Shown: positions 1 to 12,712 of the stretch, in pieces
Position numbering within the stretch: the first letter of the stretch is position 1
How the letters are laid out: the number at the start of each line of letters is the position of its first letter
NCBI GenBank assembly: GCA_963727825.1
Contig: CAVSHO010000012.1
Span: 12,061-76,060, forward strand
DNA length: 64,000 nt
Direction of reading: 5' to 3'
DNA from: Ignavibacteriota bacterium
GTDB taxonomy: Bacteria > Bacteroidota > Ignavibacteria > UBA10030
Program-made: the position numbers and the translations under genes
Notes under the pieces: generated by a model
Seen by the model: the letters and a program-made list of their open reading frames with translations, nothing else
Told to the model about the DNA's origin: nothing
Database searches by the model: none

Positions 1-485
1 CAATTTTTAGTTCGGGAGAACATCTCCCTCACAACTTTGGCACAAAAGTAATACTCATCCAAGTGAATAGCAAGGTGCGGACTACACTTCTCGTTGCACA
101 GAAGTTATAATCTAAGTTGGGAGGGAGTTATACTCCCGACTGTATTGTAATTTTTAGTTCGGGAGAACATCTCCCTCACAACTTTGGGTGGCTCGTGTAA
201 TTGTGTCGGTCTTCTGCCCGTTGAACCTTGATTTTGTGATCATGCTCCTACTTCCAATCCCTTCCCTGGTATACAGAGTTGATGCACATCCGGTACAAAA
301 GTAATGCCTAAGTTGGGAGGGAGTTATACTCCCGACTGTATTGTAATTTTTAGTTCGGGAGAACATCTCCCTCACAACTTTGGTACAAAAGTAATACTCA
401 TCCAAGTGAATAGCAAGGTGCGGACTACACACAGCAAAGCCCGATTTCGTGACCAGAATATCGGGCTTTTATCGTTACTGATTAT
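1..485. repeat. REPIN/BIME-like mosaic array, left cluster: 76-bp palindromic unit at 1-40 (partial), 112-187 and 308-383 with reused linker segments
   Basis: Unit CTAAGTTGGGAGGGAGTTATACTCCCGACTGTATTGTAATTTTTAGTTCGGGAGAACATCTCCCTCACAACTTTGG has two inverted arms. Linkers recur (41-87 ~ 384-430 ~ 5698-5745; 188-307 ~ 5259-5378). Confidence 0.9.
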
Positions 486-613
486 GTACATGCAAATCAG
501 GTCTTGTTTATATACAGAGTTACCTTCAAAAGGGCCGAAAGCCTGATTTCCCTTTTTCTTTCAAGATTGCTTCCTCTTTCATTACACTGTTCTATTTCAA
601 GTTTCTTCTGTAA

Positions 614-733
614 CTGTCAGGACGCCCGCCCAACCCGCCACAAAGCATGGCGGGTAAACAAGACGGCAGGTAAGTAAATCCTGACAGCACACGGAATTTA
701 TTCCTTTCACCGTCAGGACGTAAGTCCTGACGG
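614..733. repeat. Two copies of a GTCAGGACG..TCCTGAC palindrome; the first (614-687) carries nested hairpin insertions at 625-670 and 634-658
   Basis: The empty copy CCGTCAGGACGTAAGTCCTGACGG at 710-733 can be compared directly with the interrupted copy at 614-687. Confidence 0.75.
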
Positions 734-742
734 CACAACCTT

Positions 743-3700
743 CTACTTCTTATCCAGCACTTCCCTTACCATTTTCAGAACTTGTGTGAAATCGTACGGT
801 TTGTACAGAAAATGTTGTACACTTACTTTCAGCAATTCCGATTTCATATTTGGGTCAATATACCCTGATGCCAAAATAATACGCTGATTCGGATTGATTT
901 TTTTGATCTTGTTGCACACTTCCAATCCGGATATATTAGGCAATCCGAGATCGGTAAGTACAAGAGCGATATCGTTTTTTCTTTCTTGATAGATTTTCAG
1001 CGCCGTAAATCCATCTCCGACAGAAAGAACTTTGTACCCCTTATCAATGAGCACCGTCTGAAGAGGCATCATTAGCATCTCTTCATCCTCTATAACCAAC
1101 AATGTCTCTGTTCCGCCCGGGATTTCTTCCATTGTTACTTCTTTTTTCACACTGACTGGCAATACGACTTGGGACGTAGGCAGATACAAGCGGAAGGTTG
1201 TTCCCCCTGCCTTGCCGGCAGGCAGGTTGCCGAGCTCACTGTCTACATCAATAAAACCTTTGTGAGATTGTATCACTCCGAACACTACTGACAATCCCAA
1301 ACCCGTTCCTTTTCCTATTCCCTTTGTTGTGAAAAATGGCTCGAAGATACGCTTACGTGTCTCTTCGGTCATTCCTTCGCCTGTGTCACTAACTTCGATG
1401 CAAACATAACTGCTTGCATCAGCGGTGGGATGCTGAGAACGCAGACTTACAACAGATACCATCCGCGTATTGATGGTGAGAACACCGCCCTTCGGCATTG
1501 CATCTCTTGCATTGATACAAAGATTCATCAATACTTGATGCAACTGCGAACGATCTGCATTGATGTATGAAATCGATTTATCGAAATTCTGTGAACAGGT
1601 TATAAACTTGGGGAATGTCTCCATAACCATAGTAACAGTTTCCATGACAATATCATTTACATTCAATGCACCGAATGCAGTTTCCGATTTTCTTGCAAAC
1701 AATAATATTTGCTGGACAAGTGTTTTGCCACGATCCACAGCTTTCGTGATGGTTTTCGTAGCAAGATCCAATTTCTTTGGATCGTCCTTAAACCTCTTGA
1801 TGCTTGTGTTGTATCCCAATATAATTCCAAGAATATTGTTAAAATCATGCGCTATCCCTCCGGCAAGCGTTCCTAATCCTTCCAGCTTTTGCATTTGTCG
1901 CAGTCCCTCTTCCATTTGCTTCTGCTCGGTGATGTCTTCCACCGTTCCATCGTAATACAAAGTTTTGCCTTGAGAATCGCGAATCGCTCGAGCGCTTTCT
2001 AGCACAAAGATTGCCGTGCCATCCTGACAAATCCATTTTGATTCATGACCAATTACCTCACCGTCTCTTTCGATCTTTTCAAGAAACTCTTTGCGTTGAT
2101 AGGATGATTCAAAACCATCTTTTTTAAGATTTCTTTCAGCAAGTTTTTCAAAAGATGAATAGCCGAGCATTTTTACTAATGCCAGATTTGCCAATAATAT
2201 GTTACCCTCGGGGGCCGTTCTATAAAGACCGATTGTGGCATTCTCATAAAGTGAACGAAAACGTAACTCACTTTCTCGTAACTCTTGCTCTACCCGATTG
2301 CGTTCTGTGATATCCTGTCCAAGAGCAATAGTGGAGATTATTGTTTTACCATCTGCAGTATATATATTTGCCGTATTCCATAATACAATGCGATTACTTC
2401 CATTCTTGCAACGAATAGGTATTTCGAAAGATATAAGGTTTTCTCCATCCGATGTTCTTGAAATAAGAGTTGATATTTCTTTTTGCTTTTCATCAGGAAA
2501 AAGCATTTCCGGATGTTTGCCAATGACATCGTACATTGTATAACCAGTCAACCGTTCAAATGCCAGATTGAACCTCGTGATCCTAATGGTATTATCCCAA
2601 ACCATAATAGGTGCATTCGTAAAACTAAACAGATTTTCAAGATAGTCACGAGTTTCACGTAATTCTTCCTCCGCCCGTTTGCGCTCGGTGATGTCGCGCA
2701 TACTGCCTACAATCTTCAACGGTGTGCTGTTGGCATCGAATTGTATCTTTGCAGAAATGGAACTCGGCACTTGTGAACCATCGCGGTTCTTTAGCATAAC
2801 CTCATAATCTGAAACACTGCCTTGTCCTTGTAATAATGCGAGGAAAGCTTCTCGCCCGCCGGCAATAGAATAGAAATCGTACATCGACTTCCCTATGAGA
2901 TCATCGCTATGATATTGTTCTTTCGAAATGATCTCGATGGAAGGGCTTACTTCGAGTATCGTTCCATCCAAAGCAGCCTCATAATACACATCCTGCACGT
3001 TCTCAAAAATGCCACGATATCTTTCTTCACTCTTGGACAGTGCTTCCTCTGCCCGCTTACGCTTGGTGATGTCCATTATATATCCAATAACTTTCACAAC
3101 ATTGCCGTTTTCCAGTATAGGTATTCCGATAGTCTGCACCCACAATTTTTCACCACGCGCATTAATAAACCTCGCTTCCAAGTCATAAGGTTCGCCATTA
3201 GTTATTGCTTTATTGAATGCATCAGAAACTAAAGACCTGTCATTCGGGTAATAAAAATTAGCTCCTTCTTCTGTCGAAGACAATTTGTCTTTCGCTATAC
3301 CATAGATATTGAAAATCTCATCTGAAAAATTTGCTTTGTGCGCTTGAACATCATATTCCCAACCACCGACTTTCGCAATTTTTTGAGTTTCATTTAATAA
3401 TTTTTCACTTTTTTTCAGTGTTTCTTCTGCCCGCTTGCGCTCGGTGATGTCAGTGGCAATACCCACGAGCGCGATATTTTGTCCTTGCTCATCTCGAACA
3501 AAGGATGTCGAAAGCGAAATCGGGAAGTCGCGGCCATCCTTCGTCCGATTCATCAGTTCGCCACTCCATCCTCCAGTTAATGTCGCAGCGAGAATATCAC
3601 GAGTAGTTTCGGGAGGATTGTTTAGTGACCGCACTACATTGATGTTCTTTCCCAGAATTTCGTGCTCACTATAACCATACGTTTTCAAAAATGCGTTGTT

Positions 3701-4577
3701 GACAAAGAGGACAATATTATTCAAGTCCGTGATACTCACGCACTCTGCGATGCTTTTCAGTGTATGAGCAAGGAGGACGACCTGTTTCTCAACCTGCTTG
3801 CGCTCGGTGATGTCGTGAACAATTGAATGCAGCACATTCTTGTTTCCGATTGAAATATTGCTGCTGAATACTTCAACGTCCCGTATCGAACCATCTTTCC
3901 GCCTGTGTTTGAATTCGAATTGAACTCTTTTTTGAGACTTTACTTTCTGCATTTCCTTATTAACTTCTTCGGGTGGGAGAACATTGATCTGATAGATTTT
4001 CATCCTTTTCAATTCTTCACAGTTCCAACCATAATAGACTGCCGCGGAATTATTGGCATCAATAATCTCTCCAGATTCCGGATCGATCAGTAATTTCACT
4101 GCGGCATGATCTTCGAATATTTTACGGAACTTTTCTTCGCTTTCGTGCAGTGCTTCTTCAGACTGCTGTCGTGATTTCTTTTCCTTTGATTCATCAAGCG
4201 CGCGTTTAATTGCTAAAGGAAGCCTAATTAATCGATCCTTTAAGACATAATCGATAGCTCCCTGCTTGATAAGTTCGATGGCAGTTTCTTCGCCGATTGA
4301 TCCGGAAACGCATATAAAGGGAACCTCCGGGCAGATATTCTTTGCTAATTTCAATGCTCCGTGCGCATCAAATCCGGGTAATTTGAAATCACTTAAAATG
4401 AGATCATATGTATGATTGTGAAGTAAAGATGTAAATTCCTTTTTCTTCTCAGGTACAATCCATACTGAGATCGTATCCTGCATCTAAAAGTAGTTCACGT
4501 ATGATCTCGATGTCTCGAGGCGAGTCTTCAAGATATAAGACTTTCAAAGCTATCTTATCTATGGTCTTCTTTTTCAT
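743..4577 (-). CDS. Hybrid sensor histidine kinase (REC-multiple PAS-HisKA-HATPase-REC) with an apparent frameshift near 4453
   Basis: ORF 743-4483 has DITERK PAS ends, [11 protein letters not shown]-box, GTGLGL G-box and a C-terminal REC. The N-terminal [25 protein letters not shown] starts at ATG 4577 in another frame. Confidence 0.92.
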
Positions 4578-4581
4578 TTGA

Positions 4582-4663
4582 TTAGATCCTCTCTGGCGGT
4601 AATTCATTAATGACCGCCAAAAACACTCCGACTTGTTTTTTTCACTTCAATAAAATCTTGAAA
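4582..4663 (-). pseudogene. C-terminal remnant of a single-domain response regulator (Rcp1-like)
   Basis: The minus strand reads FQDFIEV..KQVGVFLAVINELPPERI* across a frameshift, directly upstream of the kinase. No N-terminal part is present. Confidence 0.55.
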
Positions 4664-4983
4664 TAACATGCGATACAAGGCATACTATTGATATGAAAGT
4701 TAGCGAGTATTCTTTGCCGATGCGGGGAACAGTTGGATAACAATCTAATTATGTTTTTATACGTGTCCATATCCCTTACCTCCAATCCCTATAATTGGCG
4801 TATGAGTTATAACACTGCTGGTGTTAAACTAACAAACCACTGAGTGAAAAGCAAGATGCGGCTGCGCACTAAGTTGGGAGGGAGTTATACTCCCGACTGT
4901 ATTGCAATTTTTAGTTCGGGCTCCTTTTACATTTTATTGATGCGGGAAATAACCCTAAGTTGGGAGGGAGTTTTACTCCCGAC

Positions 4984-5206
4984 CCAATTCAGAACATTCA
5001 ACAGTAATAACCGAGTGATCATCTTAAAGATAATTCCTCGCACTTGTTCCGTTGTACAGGATTTTCGTGCAAGTAATCTAACTTCTGTTAAAAGAAATCT
5101 TTTGCATCATTTGCGATGGAATGGTAACAAACACGCTCCGCCATTCAACAATAGTGGTCGTAATAAAATAGAGATTAACGCCGGGGGTAATTTTCCAGTG
5201 TCTCAT
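4984..5206 (-). pseudogene. Internally deleted REP-associated tyrosine transposase (RAYT/TnpA-Y1) remnant
   Basis: From ATG 5206 it reads MRHWKITPGVNLYFITTTIVEWRSVFVT. Shifted frames then give FF*QKLDYLHENPV (catalytic Tyr motif) and SARNYL*DDHSVITVE. The central HUH region is missing. Confidence 0.75.
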
Positions 5207-5749
5207 ATTTTATTATTGCAATTTTTAGTTCGGGAGAACATCTCCCTCACAACTTTGGGTGGCTCGTGTAATTGTGTCGGTCTTCTGCCCGTGGAACCTT
5301 GATTTTGTGATCATGCTCCTACCTCCAACCCTTTCCCTGGTTTACAGAGATGATGCACATCCGGTACAAAAGTAATGCCTAAGTTGGGAGGGAGTTATAC
5401 TCCCGACTGTATTGCAATTTTTAGTTCGGGAGAACATCTCCCTCACAACTTTGAAATTCTTCGGAATGATTTGGTGCGAAATGGTGTCGGATATATGTAT
5501 GCTGAAACTTGCTTTTGTGTCCATACTCTTACCTCCAATCCCTATAATTGGTGTATGAGTTATAACACTGCTGGTGTTAAACTAACAAACCACTAAGCGA
5601 AAAGCAAGATGCGGCTGCGCACTAAGTTGGGAGGGAGTTATACTCCCGACTGTATTGCAATTTTTAGTTCGGGAGAACATCTCCCTCACAACTTTGGTAC
5701 AAAAGTAATACTCATCCAAGTGAATAGCAAGGTGTGAGCTGCACACAGC

Positions 5750-5784
5750 AAAGCCCGATTCCGTAGTTACAGAACCGGGCTTTT
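5750..5784. terminator. Intrinsic terminator-like hairpin downstream of sod, with a related copy at 436-470
   Basis: AAAGCCCGATTC...GAACCGGGCTTTT stem with A/T tails. Confidence 0.55.
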
Positions 5785-5818
5785 ATTGTTACTGATGACT
5801 CGTAACTTTTAACTGCTT

Positions 5819-6457
5819 TTACTTCCCAAGAACTAACTTCTTATAACGCTCGTTTATCCTTCCCCAATGCAGATTTGCGATGAAGTTATCTATAAATTTT
5901 GCTCGCGCGGGACCATCTTTGTGATAATATGCATGCTCGAAGACATCCAAAGGAATTAACGGCACTGCGCCCCAAATTGCGCCGTATTGATGTTCATCGA
6001 CGAGTGCATTTAATAAACGACCGGAGTAAAGACGATCGTACAGAAGCAATCCCCAACCGCCAAGCTTTGCCGATATTGCGGTCGCTTTAAAATCTGCTTT
6101 CCACGCGTCGAATGAACCAAAATCCTTTTCGATAGCCGCTTTGATTTCCAGACCCTTCGATGGATCGCCATCACCACCAAGAACATCCCAATAAATTTCA
6201 TGCAGAAGTGCACCGGAATGATTCCAACTGAAACGCCGTTTCAATTCTCCGATAACGCTGTAGTTGCCGTTTGCGGCAGAACGATCGGCCGTTTCTAGAG
6301 CTTTTTCAATATTGTTCAGTGCAGTTACGTATCCCTTTTGATGTGTATTATAATGCCAATCGGTTGTCTCCGGACTCATAACATTGGCGAGTAAATTTTT
6401 CGCTTCTTCATCTGAGTACGGGCGCTTGTTGAACTTCCATTCGTATGCCATAGCCAT
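5819..6457 (-). CDS. sod: Fe/Mn superoxide dismutase family protein
   Basis: HYNTHQKGYV, LHEIYW and DVFEHAYY metal-ligand motifs. Confidence 0.88.
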   Translation of the reverse strand: MAMAYEWKFNKRPYSDEEAKNLLANVMSPETTDWHYNTHQKGYVTALNNIEKALETADRSAANGNYSVIGELKRRFSWNHSGALLHEIYWDVLGGDGDPSKGLEIKAAIEKDFGSFDAWKADFKATAISAKLGGWGLLLYDRLYSGRLLNALVDEHQYGAIWGAVPLIPLDVFEHAYYHKDGPARAKFIDNFIANLHWGRINERYKKLVLGK

Positions 6458-6539
6458 TTCCTTTATATGAATGTTTGATCTTTAAGTTTCAATTCAAAGT
6501 TTATAACAAATGTATGGTGTGAAAGAGTTCCCGTAGTAA

Positions 6540-6932
6540 TTACATCATATTTAGCATCAACTTTGCTTCTTCCGACATCATATTCGGATTCCAGATAGGA
6601 TCGAAAACCAGCTCTACCAACACATTACTCACGCCGCGAATTTGCTGAACGCGCCGTTTCACATCCGCCGCAATCATTGGTCCCATGCCGCATCCCGGTG
6701 CTGTTAATGTCATTCTGATATAAACATTTGCATTGCCCGGAAATTCTTCTTCAATTTTTACTTCGTACACCAAACCAAGATCAACAATATTTACCGGTAT
6801 CTCTGGATCGTAGCATTGTTTTAAAGCATCCCACACGTGCTCTTCCGGAACCATTTGCATTGGTTCGACAGTTATGCCGCCTGTTGCCGATTCAACTTGT
6901 ATCGGCGATTCATTCTTATCTTTTGCACTCAT
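6540..6932 (-). CDS. sufT: DUF59 / SufT Fe-S cluster assembly protein
   Basis: DPEIPVNIVDLGLVY and MTLTAPGCGMG motifs; suf operon context. Confidence 0.9.
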   Translation of the reverse strand: MSAKDKNESPIQVESATGGITVEPMQMVPEEHVWDALKQCYDPEIPVNIVDLGLVYEVKIEEEFPGNANVYIRMTLTAPGCGMGPMIAADVKRRVQQIRGVSNVLVELVFDPIWNPNMMSEEAKLMLNMM

Positions 6933-6944
6933 CGTAATACCCGG

Positions 6945-7340
6945 CTAATGATCACCACAGCCGCAAGATTTTTCCTCGCTGGAATCATCCCCGCAGTTAC
7001 AAGATTTTGACTGATTGGGATTATTAAATTTGAAACCTTTCCCATTCGGGCCATCGACATATTCCAGTGTCGTTCCGTATAAACCTTCCAGATTTTCCAC
7101 ATCAACATAGATTGGAATACCTTCGCTTTGAAAAACTTTATCTGTTGCTTGGACGTTATTATCAAACGCAAGTACATACGATGGGCCACAGCACCCTCTG
7201 CCTTGTATTCCAATTCTCAATCCGTGCGTATCTGGAATTTGATTTTCCCGGCGAATGTTCCGAATCTGTTCTGCCGCTTCCGGCGTCATGGTGATCTCTT
7301 GCGCTGAGACCTCTGTTTCCTGTGTACTCATAACCATCAT
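6945..7340 (-). CDS. sufA: A-type Fe-S carrier (HesB/IscA/SufA)
   Basis: GCCG and GFKFNNPN..SCNCG motifs. Confidence 0.88.
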   Translation of the reverse strand: MMVMSTQETEVSAQEITMTPEAAEQIRNIRRENQIPDTHGLRIGIQGRGCCGPSYVLAFDNNVQATDKVFQSEGIPIYVDVENLEGLYGTTLEYVDGPNGKGFKFNNPNQSKSCNCGDDSSEEKSCGCGDH

Positions 7341-7369
7341 CCTCTTTTATTTATATTTTTGTTTAACAT

Positions 7370-7814
7370 TTATTCTGTCGATACAGTTTCCTTTTTTTCT
7401 TCCAATGCATTCTTCATTGTGTGCCAGGGGAGAATTGCACATTTGACCCGTGCCGGAAACTCGCTTACGCCGGCAAACGCCGCAAGTTTTCCAAGTTCTT
7501 CTGCACAATTCTCGTTTTTATTTTCACCACGCACAAGATGATGAAATTTCTCAAATAACACTTCAGCTTCTGCGTGCGTTTTCCCTTTTAGCACTGTGCT
7601 CATTACAGATGCAGATGCTTTTGAAATCGCACAGCCGGATCCTTGAAAAGAAATTTCCTTAATGATTCCGTTATCTAACTTAAGAAAGATTGTGTAGTGA
7701 TCGCCACAAAGCGGATTGTACCCATCTACTGAGCAGCTCGCATCTTCCATTTTTTTGAAGTTGCGCGGATTCCGGTTGTGATCAAGAATAATTTCCTGAT
7801 ATAATGCTTTTAAA

Positions 7815-7822
<8 letters not shown>
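7370..7822 (-). CDS. sufU: SufU / NifU-like Fe-S scaffold
   Basis: LYQEIILDH, NPLCGD, GCAISKAS and RVKCAILPW motifs. Confidence 0.93.
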
Positions 7823-9083
<1,261 letters not shown>

Positions 9084-9088
9084 TAGCT

Positions 9089-10414
9089 TTAAGTGTGGTT
9101 ATTATTTAATCGATCGTGAATTATCCGTTCTACCTGTAAACGCAACGATTCAATCGTTATCCGGTTAATCACATCGCTTGCAAACGCAGAAGTGAGGATG
9201 TCGCGTGCAGCATCAAGACCGATACCGCGCGAACGTAAATAGAATATTTGTTCATCATCCAATTGTCCTATTGTAGCGCCATGCGTGCACTTCACATCGT
9301 CTGCAAATATTTCCAACTGCGGTTTCGTGTTGATCGTCGCTTCATCCGATAACAGTAGAGTTTTATTTGTCTGTTTCGCGTCGGTCTTCTGAGCATCTTT
9401 TCTGACGTATACTTTCCCGTTAAAAACACCTTTAGACCCACCGTCTAAAATCGACTTATACAATTCATGACTGCTACAGTGCGGTTTTGCATGATCAATA
9501 ACCGTATGATTATCAATTAGCTGAGTGCTTCCGCCAAGCGACAATCCATTCAGTATACACTCAGCGCCTTCAGCATTGCAACGAACAATCAAGTTATTCC
9601 GAACTATTGAACCGCCAATAGAAATAACATTCGACACATAATGACTTGCTGCATTCATTTGCAAATGCGTCGTTCCAATATGGTAGGCGCTAATGCCTTC
9701 TATTTGGACCTTGTCATGCTCGACAATGGAATTATCACCAAGCACTATTTCTGTAACTGTGTTCGTCAAATATGTATTTTTAGCAAGGCCAACATAAGTC
9801 TCTACAATTTTAAATTGGCTGTCTATCCCTGCAACGATAATATTTCTAGGTTGAGCGGTAAAAACTTGCTCACGATCGGTTGCAACAAAAAGAAGTTGAA
9901 TCGGATTTTCTAGAACAATTCCTCGCGGCACCAAAATAAAAGCACCATCCCACAAAAAAGCTGTATTGAGCGTGGTGAAAGCATTCTCCTCTCCCATTAC
10001 CATATTATTGATGTATGATCGAATTGTTTCCGGATGTTCTCTCGACATTTCTGTTAAACTTCCGGCTGTTATACTTATTGGATCCGAATTAATATTTGAC
10101 AATTCCATTGAAAACATTCCATCAATGAACACCAACTGCAACGCATCATCCAGCGTGTACTGTTGAATGTCTTTTTTCCTCACTCCATTCAACTCGTAAC
10201 TAAGAATTGGCTGAAATTCTGTCTTGGTGATCGGCATAATGTTTGTGAAGCGCCACTCCTCCTGCCGTGTTGTCGGAAAACCGATTTCAACGAACCGGCG
10301 CATCGCATCGCGGCGAATCGCATGTACCGGCGTTGACTTTGCACCATTCAAACTTTGCTCAAACGCCTCAAATTTTGACTGATACCACTTAATATTTTGA
10401 CTGATCGCCTGCAT
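9089..10414 (-). CDS. sufD: Fe-S assembly protein SufD
   Basis: EEWRFT, KPQLEIFADDVKCTHGAT and FYLRSRGI. Confidence 0.95.
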   Translation of the reverse strand: MQAISQNIKWYQSKFEAFEQSLNGAKSTPVHAIRRDAMRRFVEIGFPTTRQEEWRFTNIMPITKTEFQPILSYELNGVRKKDIQQYTLDDALQLVFIDGMFSMELSNINSDPISITAGSLTEMSREHPETIRSYINNMVMGEENAFTTLNTAFLWDGAFILVPRGIVLENPIQLLFVATDREQVFTAQPRNIIVAGIDSQFKIVETYVGLAKNTYLTNTVTEIVLGDNSIVEHDKVQIEGISAYHIGTTHLQMNAASHYVSNVISIGGSIVRNNLIVRCNAEGAECILNGLSLGGSTQLIDNHTVIDHAKPHCSSHELYKSILDGGSKGVFNGKVYVRKDAQKTDAKQTNKTLLLSDEATINTKPQLEIFADDVKCTHGATIGQLDDEQIFYLRSRGIGLDAARDILTSAFASDVINRITIESLRLQVERIIHDRLNNNHT

Positions 10415-10425
10415 TTTTTTTTAGT

Positions 10426-11199
10426 TTAAATCGTTTGTCCGGCTTCTTCATGTACCCAATCGTATCCACGGGCTTCAAGTTCCAGTGCAAGTTCTTTACC
10501 CCCTGATTTGACTAACCTTCCATCCTTCATTACATGCACAAAATCTGGAATAATATAATTGAGCAGTCGCTGATAATGTGTCACAATAATTGTAGCGTTT
10601 TCCTTTGAGCGGAGTTTATTCACGCCTTCCGAAACAATTCTGAGTGCATCAATGTCAAGGCCGGAATCTGTTTCATCTAAAATCGAAAGAACCGGTTCCA
10701 GCACGGCCATGTGAAATATTTCGTTACGTTTCTTCTCGCCACCGGAAAATCCTTCATTCACAGGGCGATTCAAAAAACTTTCGTCCATCTCTACTACTTT
10801 TACTTTTTGTTTGATAAGTGCAAGAAAATCAATTGCATCAAGTTGCTCTAATCCTTTGTGCTTACGAATTGCATTGAGTGCTTCTTTTAAAAAATAGGAG
10901 TTATTCACGCCGGGAATTTCGACAGGATATTGAAATGCAAGAAACAATCCTTCGCGTGCACGTTCTTCCGGAATCATTTCAAACAGGTTAAGTCCTTTAT
11001 ATAAAACTTGACCTTCAGTTACAATATATTCTTCACGTCCGGCAAGCACTCCGGCAAGCGTACTCTTTCCTGATCCGTTCGGCCCCATTATTGCATGAAC
11101 TTCTCCGGTATTCACGGTTAAATTGATCCCGCGTAAGATTTCGTTTCCATTCACACTAGCATGCAGATTTGTAATTTCAAGCAGACTCATTTTTTTCAT
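10426..11199 (-). CDS. sufC: Fe-S assembly ATPase SufC
   Basis: [19 protein letters not shown] and [11 protein letters not shown]. Confidence 0.96.
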   Translation of the reverse strand: MKKMSLLEITNLHASVNGNEILRGINLTVNTGEVHAIMGPNGSGKSTLAGVLAGREEYIVTEGQVLYKGLNLFEMIPEERAREGLFLAFQYPVEIPGVNNSYFLKEALNAIRKHKGLEQLDAIDFLALIKQKVKVVEMDESFLNRPVNEGFSGGEKKRNEIFHMAVLEPVLSILDETDSGLDIDALRIVSEGVNKLRSKENATIIVTHYQRLLNYIIPDFVHVMKDGRLVKSGGKELALELEARGYDWVHEEAGQTI

Positions 11200-11243
11200 C
11201 TTTCATTGATCACTCTTCACCGACTACTATTCATTATTTACTG

Positions 11244-12690
11244 TTATCCAACGCTTCCTTCCAAACTTACACCAAGCAATTTCTGCGCTTCAACTGCAAA
11301 CTCCATCGGTAATTCGCGGAATACTTCTTTGCAAAAACCATTGACAATCAGATTCACGGCATCCTCTGCAGAAAGTCCGCGCTGTTTACAATAGAATATT
11401 TGATCATCGCCAATTTTTGATGTTGTTGCTTCGTGCTCAGCTTTAGCGGAAGTATTTCTCACTTCGATATATGGAAACGTATGCGCGCCGCATTTGTCGC
11501 CTAACAACAGCGAGTCGCACTGGGAATAGTTACGCGCGTTCATTGCGGCTTTTTTCATCTCAACTAATCCGCGATAGGAATTCTGTCCGTGTCCTGCTGA
11601 AATTCCTTTCGAAACAATTGTGCTCTTCGTATTCTTCCCAATGTGAATCATCTTCGTACCGGTATCCGCTTGCTGGTAATTATTTACAACCGCGACAGAA
11701 TAGAATTCACCAACCGAATTGTCTCCTATCAGAAGCACACTCGGATATTTCCATGTAATCGCAGAGCCAGTTTCTACCTGTGTCCATGAAATTTTAGAAT
11801 TCACTCCTGCACATTTACCGCGCTTCGTTACAAAATTGTATATTCCTCCATCGTCCCTCCTTGTCGCCGGGGTACCAGTTCTGCACTGTCGAATATTTTA
11901 TCTTTGCATTATCTAACGCAACCAATTCTACCACTGCCGCGTGCAATTGATTTTTATCCCGCATTGGCGCAGTGCATCCTTCCAAATAGCTCACCTGCGC
12001 GCCTTCTTCCGCTACGATGAGCGTTCGCTCAAACTGCCCAGTTGCAACGGCATTAATACGGAAGTAAGTAGATAACTCCATCGGACAGCGAATGCCTTTG
12101 GGGATGAAGCAAAACGATCCATCACTGAACACTGCCGAATTCAGTGCAGCAAAATAATTATCATTCGCCGGCACGACAGAACCAAGATACTTTTTTACTA
12201 AATCAGGATGTTCACGAACTGCATCTGAAAACGAACCGAATATAATTCCGAGCTCTTTCAGTTTTTCTTTAAATGTTGTCGCTACAGAAACGCTATCGAA
12301 TACAGCATCAACAGCGACACCGGCGAGCCATTCTTGTTCACGAAGCGGAATACCAAGTTTATCATACGTCTTCAGCAATTCCGGATCAACTTGCGATAAA
12401 TCTTTGAGCAATGGCTTTTGTTTCGGTGCTGAATAATAGACAATCGCCTGATAGTCAATTGGCGGGTACTTTATATTCTGCCAGTGGGGTTCTTCCATTG
12501 TTTGCCAATGTCGGAATGCTTTCAACCGCCATTCAAGCAACCAAACCGGCTCCTGCTTTTTTGTAGAAATTAAACGGATGATGTCTTCATTTAAACCGGG
12601 AGGTGCTGAATCAGCTTCGATGTCAGTCACAAATCCATACTTGTATTCTTGTGCTGCAAATTCTTCTATAGTATTTGTTTCATTGTTCAT
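11244..12690 (-). CDS. sufB: Fe-S assembly protein SufB, split by an apparent extra base near 11850
   Basis: The N-part ([24 protein letters not shown]) and C-part ([24 protein letters not shown]) join as [17 protein letters not shown] when one base is removed. Confidence 0.93.
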
Positions 12691-12712
12691 AAATTTCTCA
12701 GTCTGCAGGTCG

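Larger units (their letters stand above)
4766..5795. repeat. REPIN/BIME-like mosaic array, right cluster: units at 4869-4920 (partial), 4955-4983 (left arm), 5214-5258 (right arm), 5379-5453 and 5622-5697
   Basis: Same 76-bp unit as the left cluster. Linker 4766-4868 repeats at 5519-5621. Confidence 0.9.

Noticed and set aside
154-546. Short ORFs over the repeat clusters (also 4844-5596)
   Set aside because: They are translations of the palindromic repeats and show no protein-like features.
1-5700. CRISPR array interpretation of the 76-bp repeat
   Set aside because: The repeat is too long, the spacers are 70-170 bp and reused, no cas genes are present, and a RAYT remnant explains it.
11815-11870. 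Programmed frameshift or intein in sufB
   Set aside because: There is no slippery site or intein sequence; one extra base explains it, as in several other genes.
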